DNA of 61,065 nucleotides, the filler included, from Dugesia japonica (lineage: Eukaryota): assembly GCA_001938525.1 (NCBI GenBank). It is 6 parts of 6 records of this genome, joined end to end, with 100 filler letters (N's around TTAATTAATTAA, not from the genome) between each part and the next. Parts side by side here need not be neighbours in the genome. Positions count along the whole stretch, not along the records: positions 1 to 13,217 come from MQRL01480679.1; 5 more parts are not named here. One strand, given 5' to 3'. The translations under genes and the position numbers were made by a program. The notes beneath the pieces were generated by a model. That model saw only the letters and a program-made list of their open reading frames with translations, was not told the origin of the DNA and ran no database searches. Within the stretch, counting starts at the first letter, position 1. Every line of letters starts with the position of its first letter. Shown here in pieces: positions 1 through 12,268 of the stretch.

Positions 1-277
1 GAACCCCAGTAATTATATTTATTAATTAATAAATAAAAAGAAATAATAAAATTACAACAATAAATAATAAAAAACAACCATTGTTATAGTGACTGGTGGA
101 CTTGTTTCCTATTGTTACATAATTCTTTTATGTCTGGTTTTATAGAATTTTTAGGCTCTAAAATTTAGGGGATTTAAATTTATAATTTTTTGAAAATTTT
201 ATTATGATATACACGGATCCCTTTGATGTAGCTCTCGGAACCCCAGGACTCCGCGGAGCACACTTGGAGAAACGATT
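1..277 (+). mobile_element. 3' end of a hAT (Charlie/Buster-like) DNA transposon
   Basis: Ends in GGAACCCCAGGACTCCGCGGAGCACACTTGGAGAAACGATTG, resembling the Charlie-type right terminus (..ccgcggaacac..gaaacactg). No coding sequence. Confidence 0.45.
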
Positions 278-743
278 GCTTACGTAATCCATTTTCATTT
301 ATTTTCTACTGTTTACGATCGTATTGTGCACAATTTTAGTCCTATAAACACAAATTTAGATACGCAATGATATGCATTTAAAATTTTAAAATATATAATA
401 AAACGTTTAACTAACTAACATAAACAAAATCAAAAAAACAATTTTTGTTACAAAATTTATTCAAATAAATTGATCAGTTTCTTCAGCAGAGCATATCGAC
501 ACTTGTTTCATTCTCATGCAAAATGTATAAATAACTGGTTTTCATATTTCTGTAAAACGTTTACGATATATTCCTTCCTCATTCAAATTTTTCTTTTGAA
601 CAGGATCATTGCTATAGGTGATTCAAAGTTTTCCTGTTGAAAGAAACCGAAGAAATAGATAATAGTATTCTAGTTGAAAGAAACTAAAGGATTAATCATT
701 GAAAAGAAATAATATAAAATTTAAGAAATAGATACATCTGTAA

Positions 744-1680
744 AATGAACGAAAATTCAGCACTACCAAGAAATTTACCACAAAACAATCAATCAAATAT
801 TGGAGTTGGATTTTATAACACATTAAATATGTTACCCATAGAGATTTATCGAGGAAAGCCAGGAGAGTATGATGAATATTTTGAATAAATGTATTTCTAT
901 GCTACAGCATGTAGATGGACAGGGCAGATTTAATTAAACGGCTACTACTTTACTTAAAATTGTATGCATTAAAAAGTTATAAAAGAATTAATACAAAACC
1001 TGATAAGTGGGAAGATCTAATAAAAGAGTTAAGAAAAAAGGTAATAGTCTCAAGGGAGCTAGAAAGAATTTGCATACAAAAATTCAGGGACAGAACACAA
1101 TCATCAAAAGAAACTGCGGTTATATATATATATAAAATGAGAGAATATCGGTGACATAGAATTTCAATTTTTAAACGGGGCGCATAATTATATTCGAGAA
1201 GCATTAATTGCAGCAGAATATGACGATTTAAAAGAATAAACGTCAAAAGAAAGGAGAATCAAGGCAAAATAACATAAGAAAACCAAGCAAATATATGCAA
1301 ATGAGCCAAACAATGAAGAGCCATCATGGAATGAAATGAGAAAAGCATACCAAAACCGCCAAGATAGTAGAAAAGATCAAGATCTAAAATTTGAGTCAGA
1401 TTATTACTTATCACATTATAATAGAAATGTGAGTCCTGCGAGACACTATAACATTTATAAAATAAATTAAAGTCCTGGAAGGAATTTTGACAAAAATGCA
1501 AGTCCATCAAGGCAATAAAATCAAAACAATCGAAATTTTAGCCTAAAAAGATATGTTAACAGAAAGAGTCTAAGCCCATATTTGTCAAATAAAGAAAGAT
1601 TTAAATTAAAAACAAAGGGCAAATAAAATGTTATAATTGTATTATATTTCGGACATATGGCAAGAACATGTATAAACAAG
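744..1680 (+). pseudogene. gag: Decayed LTR-retrotransposon gag (capsid-like region plus CCHC zinc knuckle)
   Basis: Gag-like IYRGKPGEYDEYFE..YATACRW and LLLYLKLYA, an MHR-like FRDRTQSSKETAVIY (ORF 915-1154), and a frameshifted KCYNC..GHMARTC knuckle at ~1626-1672. Many stops and frameshifts. Confidence 0.7.
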
Positions 1681-2577
1681 CCAAGTGAATCAAGAAGAAT
1701 TTAAAATAAGATGTATCATTCAGTCCAAAAACAAAGGAAACTAATGTAATTTAAATAGTAAGTAATGAAGCTTATGAGAACATGAGAATTGAACTAGAAT
1801 ATATGAAAATACATTATCAACGAATGATAGACAACAAGGGGTGAATATGAGATAAATGTGTGTGAACCAGTAGAGATGGATTTAGATGCGATCTACGAAA
1901 GGACACAAGACATATTGATAGAAAATGTCAGATAAGAAATAACAAAAGAAAGACCTAACGAATTTAGATTGTTGCAATATTTAAAAGATATCAGTGAATA
2001 TTTTAACAATGTTCAAAAATTTAAACCAATAATAATTACTCTTCAAAACATTAAAGTAAGATAGAAATATCAGAGAATCTTGATGCAATAGATGAAATAT
2101 TTTGAAAGTATAGTGATTAAGTGAAGAAAAATGAAATCTGGCAAGAGCCTCTAAATATCAAAGTAACAGCAGAAGAAGACCATAATTCTCTGATAGCACT
2201 GGTACTAACAACGCATGCACATACGAAAACAAATAAACTTTAAAAAACAGTGAAAAGAGATTGGCCAATATTATTACAAGAAGAAGATGTGATACAATTC
2301 TCATTTTATAATACATAACTTATCGATAATAAAGCTCTAATGGAATATGGAATCATTTCAGGTAATATTAACATCATAAAAGCAACAATGATGAAGCATG
2401 TACCAAAAACATTAACAATCAGCCAATAGCAATCAATGGAAGAAATTCTAGATCTAATAGCAAAAGCGGATAAAGCTGAGGTAGAAAAAATGAACAAACA
2501 AAACAATGAAGGGCGAGAGACAATAAATTCAGCAATAGAAAATCAAGAAAATAAAACAAGAAAAGAAAAAACAACAA

Positions 2578-3201
2578 CAGTGATTGTAAAATTGGTTAAG
2601 CGATTAATTGATTAATCGGTTTCTGTAAAACTAAAAACCAAAATAATCGGTTTGAGTTCAACTATACTTTTTGCAATCACTATCTTTTACTTCTTCAATA
2701 GTCGAAAAAAATTTAAAACGTGAGCTTGCTCAGTTTGAAGATGATGGAAATCGTGGTAAAAGGTTGGATCTCTGTTATGATTCTTTGAAATCAATTCTTC
2801 CTACATATGTGGAATCAGAGAGGACATTTTTAATATCTGGAAACTTCTGTACCAACTGAGTTCACGATTACGTTAGAAATCCTTAATGACTTATGCTTTC
2901 TACGTGTTCACTTCAATAAAATTAAAAAACATTTTTTTTACAAGTTTTAAAATGAATTTCTTATTTTTGTTTTATTAATGAATTATAATTTTATTTCTTT
3001 ATTTTTAAATAAATATTATATTTTCTAAAATTAAAAATATGGTAAAATAGAAATATTTTCTCCAAGGAAATATTTCGACAAGAAATAATTCCAAAAAAGA
3101 ATTTCTTTTAAAAACCGATCAAATACCGATTAATCGGTTTTTGTAAAGCTAAAATCCGAAATAATCGGATTGGAGTTCAACTATACTTTTTGCAATCACT
3201 A
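2578..3201 (+). mobile_element. Non-autonomous hAT remnant: ~105-bp TIR-to-TIR unit plus transposase C-terminal dimerization fragment and a second right TIR
   Basis: CAGTGATTGTAAAA at 2578. TTTTGCAATCACTA ends at 2682 and again at 3201 with a shared subterminal sequence. Translation LKSILPTYVESERTFLISG...LCFLR matches the hATC motif (PTSVESERxFS). Confidence 0.75.
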
Positions 3202-5364
3202 ATACGAATGATTGTGAAAATGCATTAAAAACCAAAACTCTTAAAGTATATGGGCATGAATTAAAAGCACAAATTGGAGCAAAAGTAAAACAAAAAAAGA
3301 ATGGTCCACAGTAAGCGAATATTGAGGTGGAGAAAAGAACAAAGTATGGGACATATGAAATACAATATTTTAGTCAGAAGACAGTATCATGTTGAATTAA
3401 ATAATATAAAAGCGAAATGTATTGCTGCTACAGGGAAAATGATGACACATTGATTTTGTAATTCAAAAGACATAAACTGCGATACTGAAGATGATTAGAT
3501 ATAAAATAAATCCAGTTGAATGTACAGTCAAGAAACTAAGAACAGTGGCAATGAGAGAAATAAGTAGACCTGAACCAACAGAAAAGCTAACTAATTTCCA
3601 AGATAAAAAGCAACATCAACAGTATATATATATTTAAAATTGAACACAAAAAGCGTTTAGACAAGAAGCGTTGAAATGAGTTGAAACTAAGTGTGGTGTG
3701 GCAGTAAGGGTAACTAATTATAATAGTCTATATTTATCATCAACTGAGATTAAAGAAATTAGACCAGAAGTAGATAAATTGGACGTCAAAAAAGCTACTT
3801 ATTTCAATAGTAAAATTATATATAGATATTTATTATTAACTATATCATGAAATATTGGGACAGTTAGATATGATATATTAAGAAACTATCATGAATGACT
3901 GTAACGTTAATCAAGATTTATTGAAAACATAAATGGCGATGGTTATTGCAAACCCTGATTTGGTTGCACCACTCTTATTTGAGGAAAGAGGTACATTTGG
4001 TTAGAATAGTAGAGAAACATTAGTAAGTTTTAAATGTAAACCAATACCAGTTACTCCCACAGATCATGGGATATTTCAGAATGGACCTTGGTTATCAAAA
4101 CTGAGAATTATATAAACAGAACAAAGCACTACATGAAAACACAGATGAATCCAATACCCATTTAATTATATGTAGAAAGATATCGCTCTTATTACATTTC
4201 TTATAAACAAAAAACCAGAATATTCCTTGTGTTTTTAACTTCGCATGTTACCTATTACCTGTTACCATTACCTAGAGTCGGCAATATTTTGTAACTAGAA
4301 TTAAACCTGCCTACAACTAATTAAAGAACTAGTACCTAAAAACACTGGCTTTACAGTGAAAAATGAGCATTCTCATAGTAGGTTAAAGGGTAGTGGTCAT
4401 AGCCAACACACATTCAGTACTCCCCCCGTTTTGCAATTTTAGGTTAATATACTTATAATCAACAAAATATTCTCTATCAAATAAAACCCTTTGTTGGCCT
4501 ATTTTGAGAAGGAAATATTTTTCGAAAAATTCTGTGTAAAATACAAGAAGTCAATTAATTTGGGAGGAGTCATTTGGAAAATAAAAATTATTGAAAAGAA
4601 GAATTAATATGAACTTTATGTATTAAATGTTTTTTATTAATAAATATTTATTATTGTTAATTTGTTTATTTGCATCAATATTTTAAAGTTTTTATAATTT
4701 ATTTTTAAATTTTCGAAATAAAAAAAATTATTATTGAATATGAAATATAATAAAATAATTTAAAAGTAATAATAAACAAAAACTTATATAAAAACACTTT
4801 TAAATATAAAAAAAATTAAACTAAAATTATTCTAAAAAAATAAAAAAAAATTAAAACAAGGAAGCATCTTCAACCAAAATTGGTGGCTGGTTTATCGTTC
4901 TCATTTTTTGCATCACATCGTTTATAAGAAGAATTTTGTGCATGTATCTTTCAGAAGAATTTTCCCATATGCTTCTGAAAGAAAGCAACGTATACTGGCT
5001 ATTTTTGTGTTTATTCCATAATTAGCTTATCGATGTCCATATTCAGAAGGCTTGACATGTTTATCCAATATATATGTTTTCATGGATCTACTAGGCCCTA
5101 GCAGCTAGGGCTTTGAGAAACAGGAGCATCTTTTCTGGAAAAACTAAAACAGTAATAAATAATAATAAAAAAAATAAAACTTACTTTTGTCGTCATAAAA
5201 AACCTTTTCTTCCTTCTTTATTTCATCTTCTATTAAAATGGTTATTTCTACAAATTTTCATCCATAGTTTTTAAAAATAATTCAAAAAAGAATTAATAAT
5301 GATTGCAATATATTAAATTTGAATAATAAAATACCACAACGTAATATTTTATTTTTTGAAAATT

Positions 5365-5903
5365 AAATATCTAAATTTAAATTGATATTTTTGTACTTAT
5401 ATCGTATTTGTTTTGCATCCTCGTTGCAAATTTTTAAAATATTTTCCAGCAAATTAAATAAATCTGAAGTAATGTTATTCATGAAACTTCACATTTTTAA
5501 GTCCAAGTATTACTAGTTTTTCTGCTTAGAATACATTTACGCATAAAGGGTCATAATTAACAAGTCTTAGAGCATGGAATAACTCTGGTTCGAACCAACA
5601 GTTTACTATTCTTGCTAATTCATACAAATTTATTGAAACACCCATATTTACGACAATTGTTAGTGACTGTAATCGTAAATTCTTTATATTGTAGGGGTTC
5701 AAATCATGTAGTTCCAATGATTTCTTACAATCCATTGTTCTGAATTTTCTTGATCTGAAGAATATAGTTGTATATTTGTCACTTTTGACTATAAATTGAC
5801 ATGGTTTGCTAATATTAAAGCTCATTTTCTTTGTTACTTCTTGCGACATTTTACACCTGTAAATAATATTAGTTATCATAATTAATGAATTAATGAGGAA
5901 CAT
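5365..5903 (-). pseudogene. TATA-binding-protein (TBP)-like gene inside the Polinton
   Basis: Repeat 1 ITNIIY..TTIFFRSRKFRTMDCK resembles TBP IQNIVS..TALIFSSGKMVCTGAK. Repeat 2 NLRLQSLT..INLYELA..FEPELFHALRL..PLCVNVF*AEKLVILGLK resembles DFKIQNMV..IRLEGL..YEPELFPGLIY..PRIVLLIFVSGKVVLTGAK. One stop at 5526; C-terminal helix frameshifted. Confidence 0.8.
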
Positions 5904-5965
5904 TGGGATTTAAATTAATTAATTCGATTGATTCGTTAAAAGAAATATTAACAATGTACTAAATT

Positions 5966-6537
5966 ATGAATAAATTAAATAAAAACTAGATGGATAAATT
6001 AATAAATGATGCAATCTATCAAATTATTGGACATAGCCGTAAATTTATAAACATATACTGGCATAGGGACGCAGACAAGGAGCATGAACTGACTAAATCT
6101 AAATTTTGTTAAATTAAAGTGAAAATTATAAACGGTTTAGATAAAAAATAGATCAAAATATTAAGACCGGGTGATGTTATTGTTGCTTAGACGAATAAAG
6201 AAAACAAATTCAATAATTTATTCACAAAAATATCGAGACATCGGAATGCAACTGCAATATTTATTACTCGAATCTATTTCATCAAGGAGGTAGTCATAGA
6301 ACTCGCAATTTAAACCTAAAATATTTGATTCTATTCAAAATTTCTAGAGATCAGACTGTTGTTTATTTTCTAGCTAGACACTCTAGACAATTTCTTATTG
6401 AATCATTTCAAGATGCAACAGAAAAGCTACATGGATATCTATTTCGTGACTTTACTCAGCAATTTTTAGATGATTTTAGGGTGAGAACAGGTATATTAAG
6501 TCCAAATGGTATCACAGTATATAAACAAAATAGGTAA
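5966..6537 (+). pseudogene. Polinton A32/FtsK-like packaging ATPase
   Basis: LFTKISRHRNATAIFIT, RTRNLNLKYLILFK..RD and FQDATEKLHGYLFRDFTQ are Polinton ATPase motifs. The Walker A region is eroded. Confidence 0.85.
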
Positions 6538-6757
6538 TTTTATTATTATTATTATTATAAAAAGTTAGAAAATTGTAGTTGGTTCAGTTACTAATAGTCT
6601 TGTTAAACAACGAAAAAAGCCACCTGTGAAGATAAAGANGAAAGAGTCGNATAAGCAAAATCAAATAAGAAGCAATCACATAAGAATCTATTTATAAATA
6701 AGAAAAAGCAATTGAATGTTTAAAATATTTGCAAAAAGAACAAGAAAGAAACTAAAA

Positions 6758-7145
6758 ATGTCGAATGGAAAATGGATATCATTATAAACTTATTACTGGT
6801 ATGTCTTTGTTATTAAAATAAAAACTGAAATTAGAAAAAAGTATTCAGTTTTTTACCGCTTTGATTAAATCGTCAAAATTTTCTTGAATGAAAATTTTAC
6901 AATCATTTCCACCATATTTTATCTATGATTTAATTGAGATTATTTTAAATATTGTTCGTGGTAATGTAAATTTGAGCGAAGCTAAAAAGGAAGCGTTGAA
7001 AAAACATTGAAAAAACGTTGTTAACAATTGTAAATACACTAAATAGGAAATTTATGAGACGAGTAGTAATGAATAATAAAGGTGGTGGATTTATAGCAGC
7101 GTTACTTCCAATTGTATTAGCAGCATTAGGCTTAACTCATTTCAA
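6758..7145 (+). pseudogene. Small Polinton virion-associated protein with GGGFIAALLPIVLAALG C-terminus
   Basis: Basic region (EIILNIVRGNVNLSEAKKEALKKH) ending in KGGGFIAALLPIVLAALG, typical of the small protein next to the Polinton ATPase. Frameshifted. Confidence 0.6.
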
Positions 7146-7329
7146 ATAGAAAATTGTCGTTTTTGAACAATATTTAAATAAGCAATGGACGGATTACAAT
7201 CATAACCTAATTTTGACCTATATTTCGTATCGAATTGTTGTAATGGGGAAATTAAAAACAACATGCATGGATTCAAAAATACCAGCAGGTTTTTGAGGCG
7301 TATGAAAATTGACAACATCAACTCAAAAA

Positions 7330-7660
7330 ACGAAAAGAAAGACGAAAAAGTAGTTATTGGGTCAGCTAGCGTACAGTCTGAACAAGCCAATGTAGAAAAG
7401 ATTTCCAACAAGAGCATATAAAACTTATGGTATTGATGATTTATGGCAAACGGATTTAATGAAGATGATTCAATATTCAAAATTTAATATTGAAAATATC
7501 AGCTTCACCATTTAACAAGAATTTCAATAGCAATTGGAGTGATGAAGGTTTTCAAATAACAAAAATAAATACTAAACAAAATCCGGTCATGTATGTTATT
7601 AAAGATTATGAAGGTTTCCTAAAACATTATTTTATATCAAAAAAATAATTGAATTTATTG
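7330..7660 (+). pseudogene. Polinton retroviral-like integrase with the catalytic core deleted
   Basis: YSLNKPM*KRFPTRAYKTYGIDDLWQTDLMKMIQYSKFN (start of the rve core) runs almost directly into the C-terminal FNKNFNSNWSDEGFQITKI..PVMYVIKDYEG. Confidence 0.85.
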
Positions 7661-7837
7661 TTGTATTTTAAAACCTTTTATACATTTATTTATGAATTTA
7701 TTTTTACCTTACTATTTTTTATTTTGTTGTATAAAAATGTGAATTTCAGTTCATATTATAATGCATTAGATTTTCATTTTAATAAGTGTTTTTCTCGAGA
7801 AAGCAAATATGTGTTTTGTTTTCTCGAGAAACTAAAA

Positions 7838-8765
7838 ATGGTGAAAAATGAGGAACGCTATTCCAGATTAGAAGTCTAGTAAATTCATTGTCAATCTTCA
7901 AAATCCCATTTAAATGGATGGTAGTTGGGAAGAAGCTATGATGGACTTCACCTTTCTATATTCTCCCTTTTCAGTATATAGTAAATCAAAGATTGAACAC
8001 ATGACCGCAAAAGATATATTGAATGAAACAACTGTAAAAATTAATATCAAGGAAAAAACTATTATTGTTGATCAAAATAAAAATATTGAAATATTTGAAA
8101 AGAATTTCATAAGGTTTTATTGTGATTTTCCATATGCTGTCATATATAAAGATGCAAATATCGCACATTCATTTGGATTATGATTTAAATCTAACAAATT
8201 AACAAAAACGTTCTGTCATATCTATACAAACTTTGCAAATGATGACACAGTATAAAAAGTAAAAATTAAAGTAGCTAATACAGTAGTAACTTATCATACT
8301 TTTCAGTTTAAAGAATTGGAACAATTAAGTACATATTTGACAGAAAATTGTATTCAAATATTTAAAAAATGTCTTATAAATGCGGATAAATATGTTGAAT
8401 TTGAGCTAAAGGATGACGTCAAAAAAGTTGTATTTTTTGTTTTGACAAGAACATTGGGATTAGACAAACAACAATATTCTCCTACAGATATAAAAGGAGG
8501 CGAGTTCAAAGCTATTACCAAATCGAAAATAATGAAGTTACATCAGAAAATGTTCATCTTGTTGAGCCTATAATTGTAGGTGATGTTAGTGTAACTTTGA
8601 TGAAATATATATTGATAGAAAAGCATACAACTGATGGAATTGTGCAAATAGTAGTAGAGAATCTAATTTATTTACCTATGGCGACATCATGTAAAACATG
8701 ATACAAGATCAAGTTTCCAAAACCTTCAATAACTCATTAAATTTTACATTTTAAAAAACTAAGTA
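7838..8765 (+). pseudogene. Polinton minor capsid protein (penton/PX)
   Basis: N-terminal FIVNLQNPI*MDGSWEEAMMDFTF and C-terminal VEPIIVGDVSVTLMK..LIYLP..LILHFKK motifs. ORFs 7914-8183 and 8316-8573 are fragments of it. Confidence 0.8.
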
Positions 8766-9178
8766 ATGAATTCTGATATTCCTTCAATGTATAGTACTAG
8801 TCAAGCAGGTGGAGAATCACCTTACTTTTTTGGAAACAGTATGAATCTGGTTGGTTGCCAAAAATAGGTAGATTTGCTTTTCCTTTTCTTAAACGTATCG
8901 GTTCATTTGGTATGAAAACCGTTCAGGATGTACTATCTAATAATGGAAAAATACTGTCAACATTAAAATCTAATGCATTACTTAGTGGAGTAACTACTAT
9001 GATTCCAAAAGTATCAAACATATTACCGCAAAGTATAATTAATAAAACACCCTTAGAAATAACTAATATGCTATCAAATCAAGTTAAAACACAACAAACT
9101 CGTAGAAAACGAAATACATCACTCGCATCACGTATAAACAAACGAATGAGAGGACATGTAACAATATTTGCAAATTGA
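8766..9178 (+). pseudogene. Small basic Polinton protein upstream of the major capsid (PW/cupiennin-like)
   Basis: QAGGESPYFFG..SGWLPKIGRFAFPFLKRIG amphipathic motif with an Arg/Lys-rich tail (TRRKR, NKRMRG). Collinear with copy 2. Confidence 0.7.
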
Positions 9179-9805
9179 TTTGCGGTAAAACTGAATTATG
9201 TATTTTTGATAGACCATCGCCACAAGCTGTAATTGAAAGTGACAGTTTGAAGATGTCTTTCCCATAAATTCGATTTTTAAATAACAAAGCGATTTAAATT
9301 TTTTATAAATAGATCTAAAATAGAATACTTGGATTTGAATGATACTTTATTGTATATTAAAGTGAAGGTGGTTGATAAAACTGGTAAAGATATGGCTGAC
9401 ACTCGTGTTGCAGTTCCAAGTAACTATATTCTAAATACGATTTTTAAGGATGTAATTCTTTCGTTTAATAATTTCAAAATTCAAGGTGGAAATGAATCTT
9501 ATCTTCACAAAACATGAATTTAAACTATAATAAATTATAAAGCTGATATTAAAGATGTCTGCCTTGCAGTAATTTTATATGGAACAGAAGCAGATAGAAA
9601 AAGGTCTATTAAAATATCAAAACAATTGTTTCTTTGCATTTCATTGCAACTCGATTTCATGGATCAACCAAAATATATTATTTCCGGTGTTAATTGCTTT
9701 ACAGTTGCAATTAATGTTGGACATAACCATTGATCATTTTACATAATTCATTTAAAATAAAAGTTTCAATCAAACGTTTTTGTATTTATACTGATATTTG
9801 ATAAC

Positions 9806-9840
9806 AATTCGATATTTCGACCTTGTCTTCGTCAGGAATT
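9806..9840 (-). ncRNA. Minimal type-I hammerhead ribozyme (PLE type)
   Basis: Minus strand reads AAUUC-CUGACGA-A-GAC-AAG-GUC-GAAA-UA-UC-GAAUU: intact core, stem I AAUUC/GAAUU, 3-bp stem II, palindromic AUAU stem III, AUC cleavage triplet. Confidence 0.75.
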
Positions 9841-9867
9841 GACTTTTTTCTCAATTCAAAAAAAGTC

Positions 9868-9902
9868 AATTCCTGACAAAGACAAGGTTGAAATATCGAA
9901 TT
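9868..9902 (+). ncRNA. Degenerate inverted copy of the hammerhead motif
   Basis: AATTCCTGACAAAGACAAGGTTGAAATATCGAATT has two substitutions (G8>A and a stem II C>T) relative to the minus-strand copy. Confidence 0.55.
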
Positions 9903-10483
9903 AATATCAAATATCAATAAAAAAACAAATAATTTTGATCGATGCTTTTATTTTAAATGAATTCCGGTGTTAATGTTCATATTTGGTTGAAGAGATCAAT
10001 TACTTAATTTTATTCTAGTTACATTTCAATGTGTAGAACAAAATAATGGTTCTTATAAAATCTCGAGTTCAATATTTCAAAATCTAGACATTGTTAACAT
10101 TTCCTTGACGAAAAACACTTATTTTCGAGAAATATTTACTCAAGACATTATAAAAGGTAATTACACCACAACATATGTCCAATTTATAGTAAGAAATATG
10201 GGATATTTGGATAAGAATATGAATTGTAAAATAACACTTAGTGATTTTAAGGACAATTATCCCTTCTTGTTCTTGCTCCAGAGTATGATATAAATAGAGT
10301 CAATTGCCTCAATAAGGAAGTTTTAGAATGGATATAAATTAACCAAAGCTTTAACAATATCAGCATGTTATAACTTATGGAGTATTTGAAAATGAAATTC
10401 AGATGAAGCTAACGGAACCGTATTAGTGTAAACACTATGCTGTATAATCGGTATATGTTATGAAGTAGGTGTTATTATATTAA

Positions 10484-10843
10484 TGATTTTTATTTTAATA
10501 GTACTATTCAGATTGATCGGATTTCGTCAAAGTGACTTGGATTGTCATGATTAGGTGTTTATGCTTTAGATAAACTTCTAAATTATATTCCAGTAAATAA
10601 AGCCTTAATTATTAATACCCATACATCAAATCTAGATGGAGCACATTGGATAGCTGTTTACAATAAACCCGCTCAAATACTGATATTTGATTCATTAGCA
10701 TTACATTTTCCGTTAATGTTAGTGTCACGCTTATTAAAATTATCAAAACCGATAGTTCACAATTAAATTCATTATCAAATTCCATTTACAACTACATGTT
10801 GTCAGTACTGTTCATTCTGGTTTAAAAAACAACATTTTACTTG
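10484..10843 (+). pseudogene. Polinton adenain-like cysteine protease
   Basis: GVYALDKL..LIINTHTSNLDGAHWIAV..IFDS..YQ..TTTCCQYC contains the His/Asp/Gln/Cys catalytic motifs. Confidence 0.85.
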
Positions 10844-12268
10844 ACAGATTTATTTTTACTTGTATAAAATAAATGCCTTTTATTGAAAATGAAATCTTTA
10901 TTATTTATTAAAATTAAACTAAGAATGAAAAAGAAAATTATACAAAATAACAACTTTTAATTTATAAAAATGTAGATTTTTTGGGTTTTGTTGATTTTAA
11001 CAATTCGTAGTCTTAGCTATCTTCTGATGCGATTGCAGCGAGTCAGACAGTTTAATAAACATAATCAAAACTATAAATTAATATCTAAAATAAACAAAGT
11101 TTAAATTTACAATGCTTTGTTGTTCTGTTTGTATATAATTTTCAATTGTTGAATTCATACTTTTGTAAAGATGATTTTAAACTAAAAGCATAGGTATTTA
11201 ATGTAATATTAAATACTGCAATGTAATGGTCATTTTATTTATAAAATATTTATAATTATTTTGTGGTTATTTTATTTATTGTTATGTTATTAATGCGTGT
11301 TTTATTATTATTTTGACACGTTTTATTATCAAAAAGACTTTAAAATACTGCAACGTAATATGTCTAAAATATATGATAAAGGTAATTATTTGAATCACGA
11401 TTTCAAATTTATTATACAAATGTAGTGACCATTTCAGGAGAAATTAAAGTAAGTTATTATTATTATTAACTTTTTATTTAGAAATTTGAATACCTATAAA
11501 CAAAATGAAAGACGGTTTATTTCACCAATGAATAACGTAGGTTTGTTATTATTCATTAATTAATTATATAATTTAACATTTAAATAATGGATGGAGGAGT
11601 ACAAGGAGGGGAATGTGGTAGGATGATCTTGAATGCAGATTCACGTTAGTTTTTTTTATTTGTATTTTTTTTAATAGATATATATATTTTTTATAATAAG
11701 TGAAATTTTTTATGTTAAATTTCAATATATTTTCTTTAATAATTAAAAATGTTCTTTACAATTTTCTGTACCATGTTCTATGCTATGTTATTATGAAGAA
11801 ATGCTTTATGCTTTTTATGAAAAATGATCTATGCTTTTATCATTTGGCCGAGAAAAGTTCTTAGCTAATTTATTTCTTATGATAAAAGTTCTATGCTTTT
11901 CATGTTTTATAAAAAAAATGTTATTAATATTATTATTAAAATCATCATGTTATTATTAAAATTATTATTATTTTATTATTAAATTTTAATTAAAATTATT
12001 AGGTCATTATAAAATTATTAAAACTACATCATTATTTACGGACATTGTAAATTATATATAATCCATTCCGCTAATATTAGTCACAATGGTGACTGCCATA
12101 GTATCATGGAAAGGTATTATGGCCTACGTTATTTCTGGAAAAAACTATTTTATATATCATACTTGTAAGGTATCAGGTTTAAGGGACTATTTAAATTTTA
12201 TAGGACTCATAAAAATCACTTGTAAAATTTAAGTATCAGTAAAAAATATATACTAAAATCAATATTAG

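Larger units (their letters stand above)
9695..9961. mobile_element. Penelope-like element remnant (inverted pLTR pair) with 13-bp target-site duplication
   Basis: TTCCGGTGTTAAT at 9682-9694 and 9962-9974, whereas the homologous capsid site in copy 2 (~29575-29605) has one copy and no insert. Most of the insert is a long inverted repeat centred near 9854. Confidence 0.75.
9175..10430 (+). pseudogene. Polinton major capsid protein (double jelly-roll/PY), interrupted by a Penelope-like insertion and an internal deletion
   Basis: KTELCIFDRPSPQAVIES, YLDLNDTLLYIKVKV, PSNYILNTIFKDV and QPKYIISGV motifs. Collinear with 28883-30100. Confidence 0.85.

Noticed and set aside
4418-4572. Stowaway-like MITE (TACTCCCCCCGT ... 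GGGAGGAGT)
   Set aside because: The inverted match is short and imperfect with no right-hand TA; it may simply be Polinton subterminal sequence.
5365-5903. Host TBP gene
   Set aside because: Too divergent and compact, intronless, multi-copy and embedded among Polinton genes.
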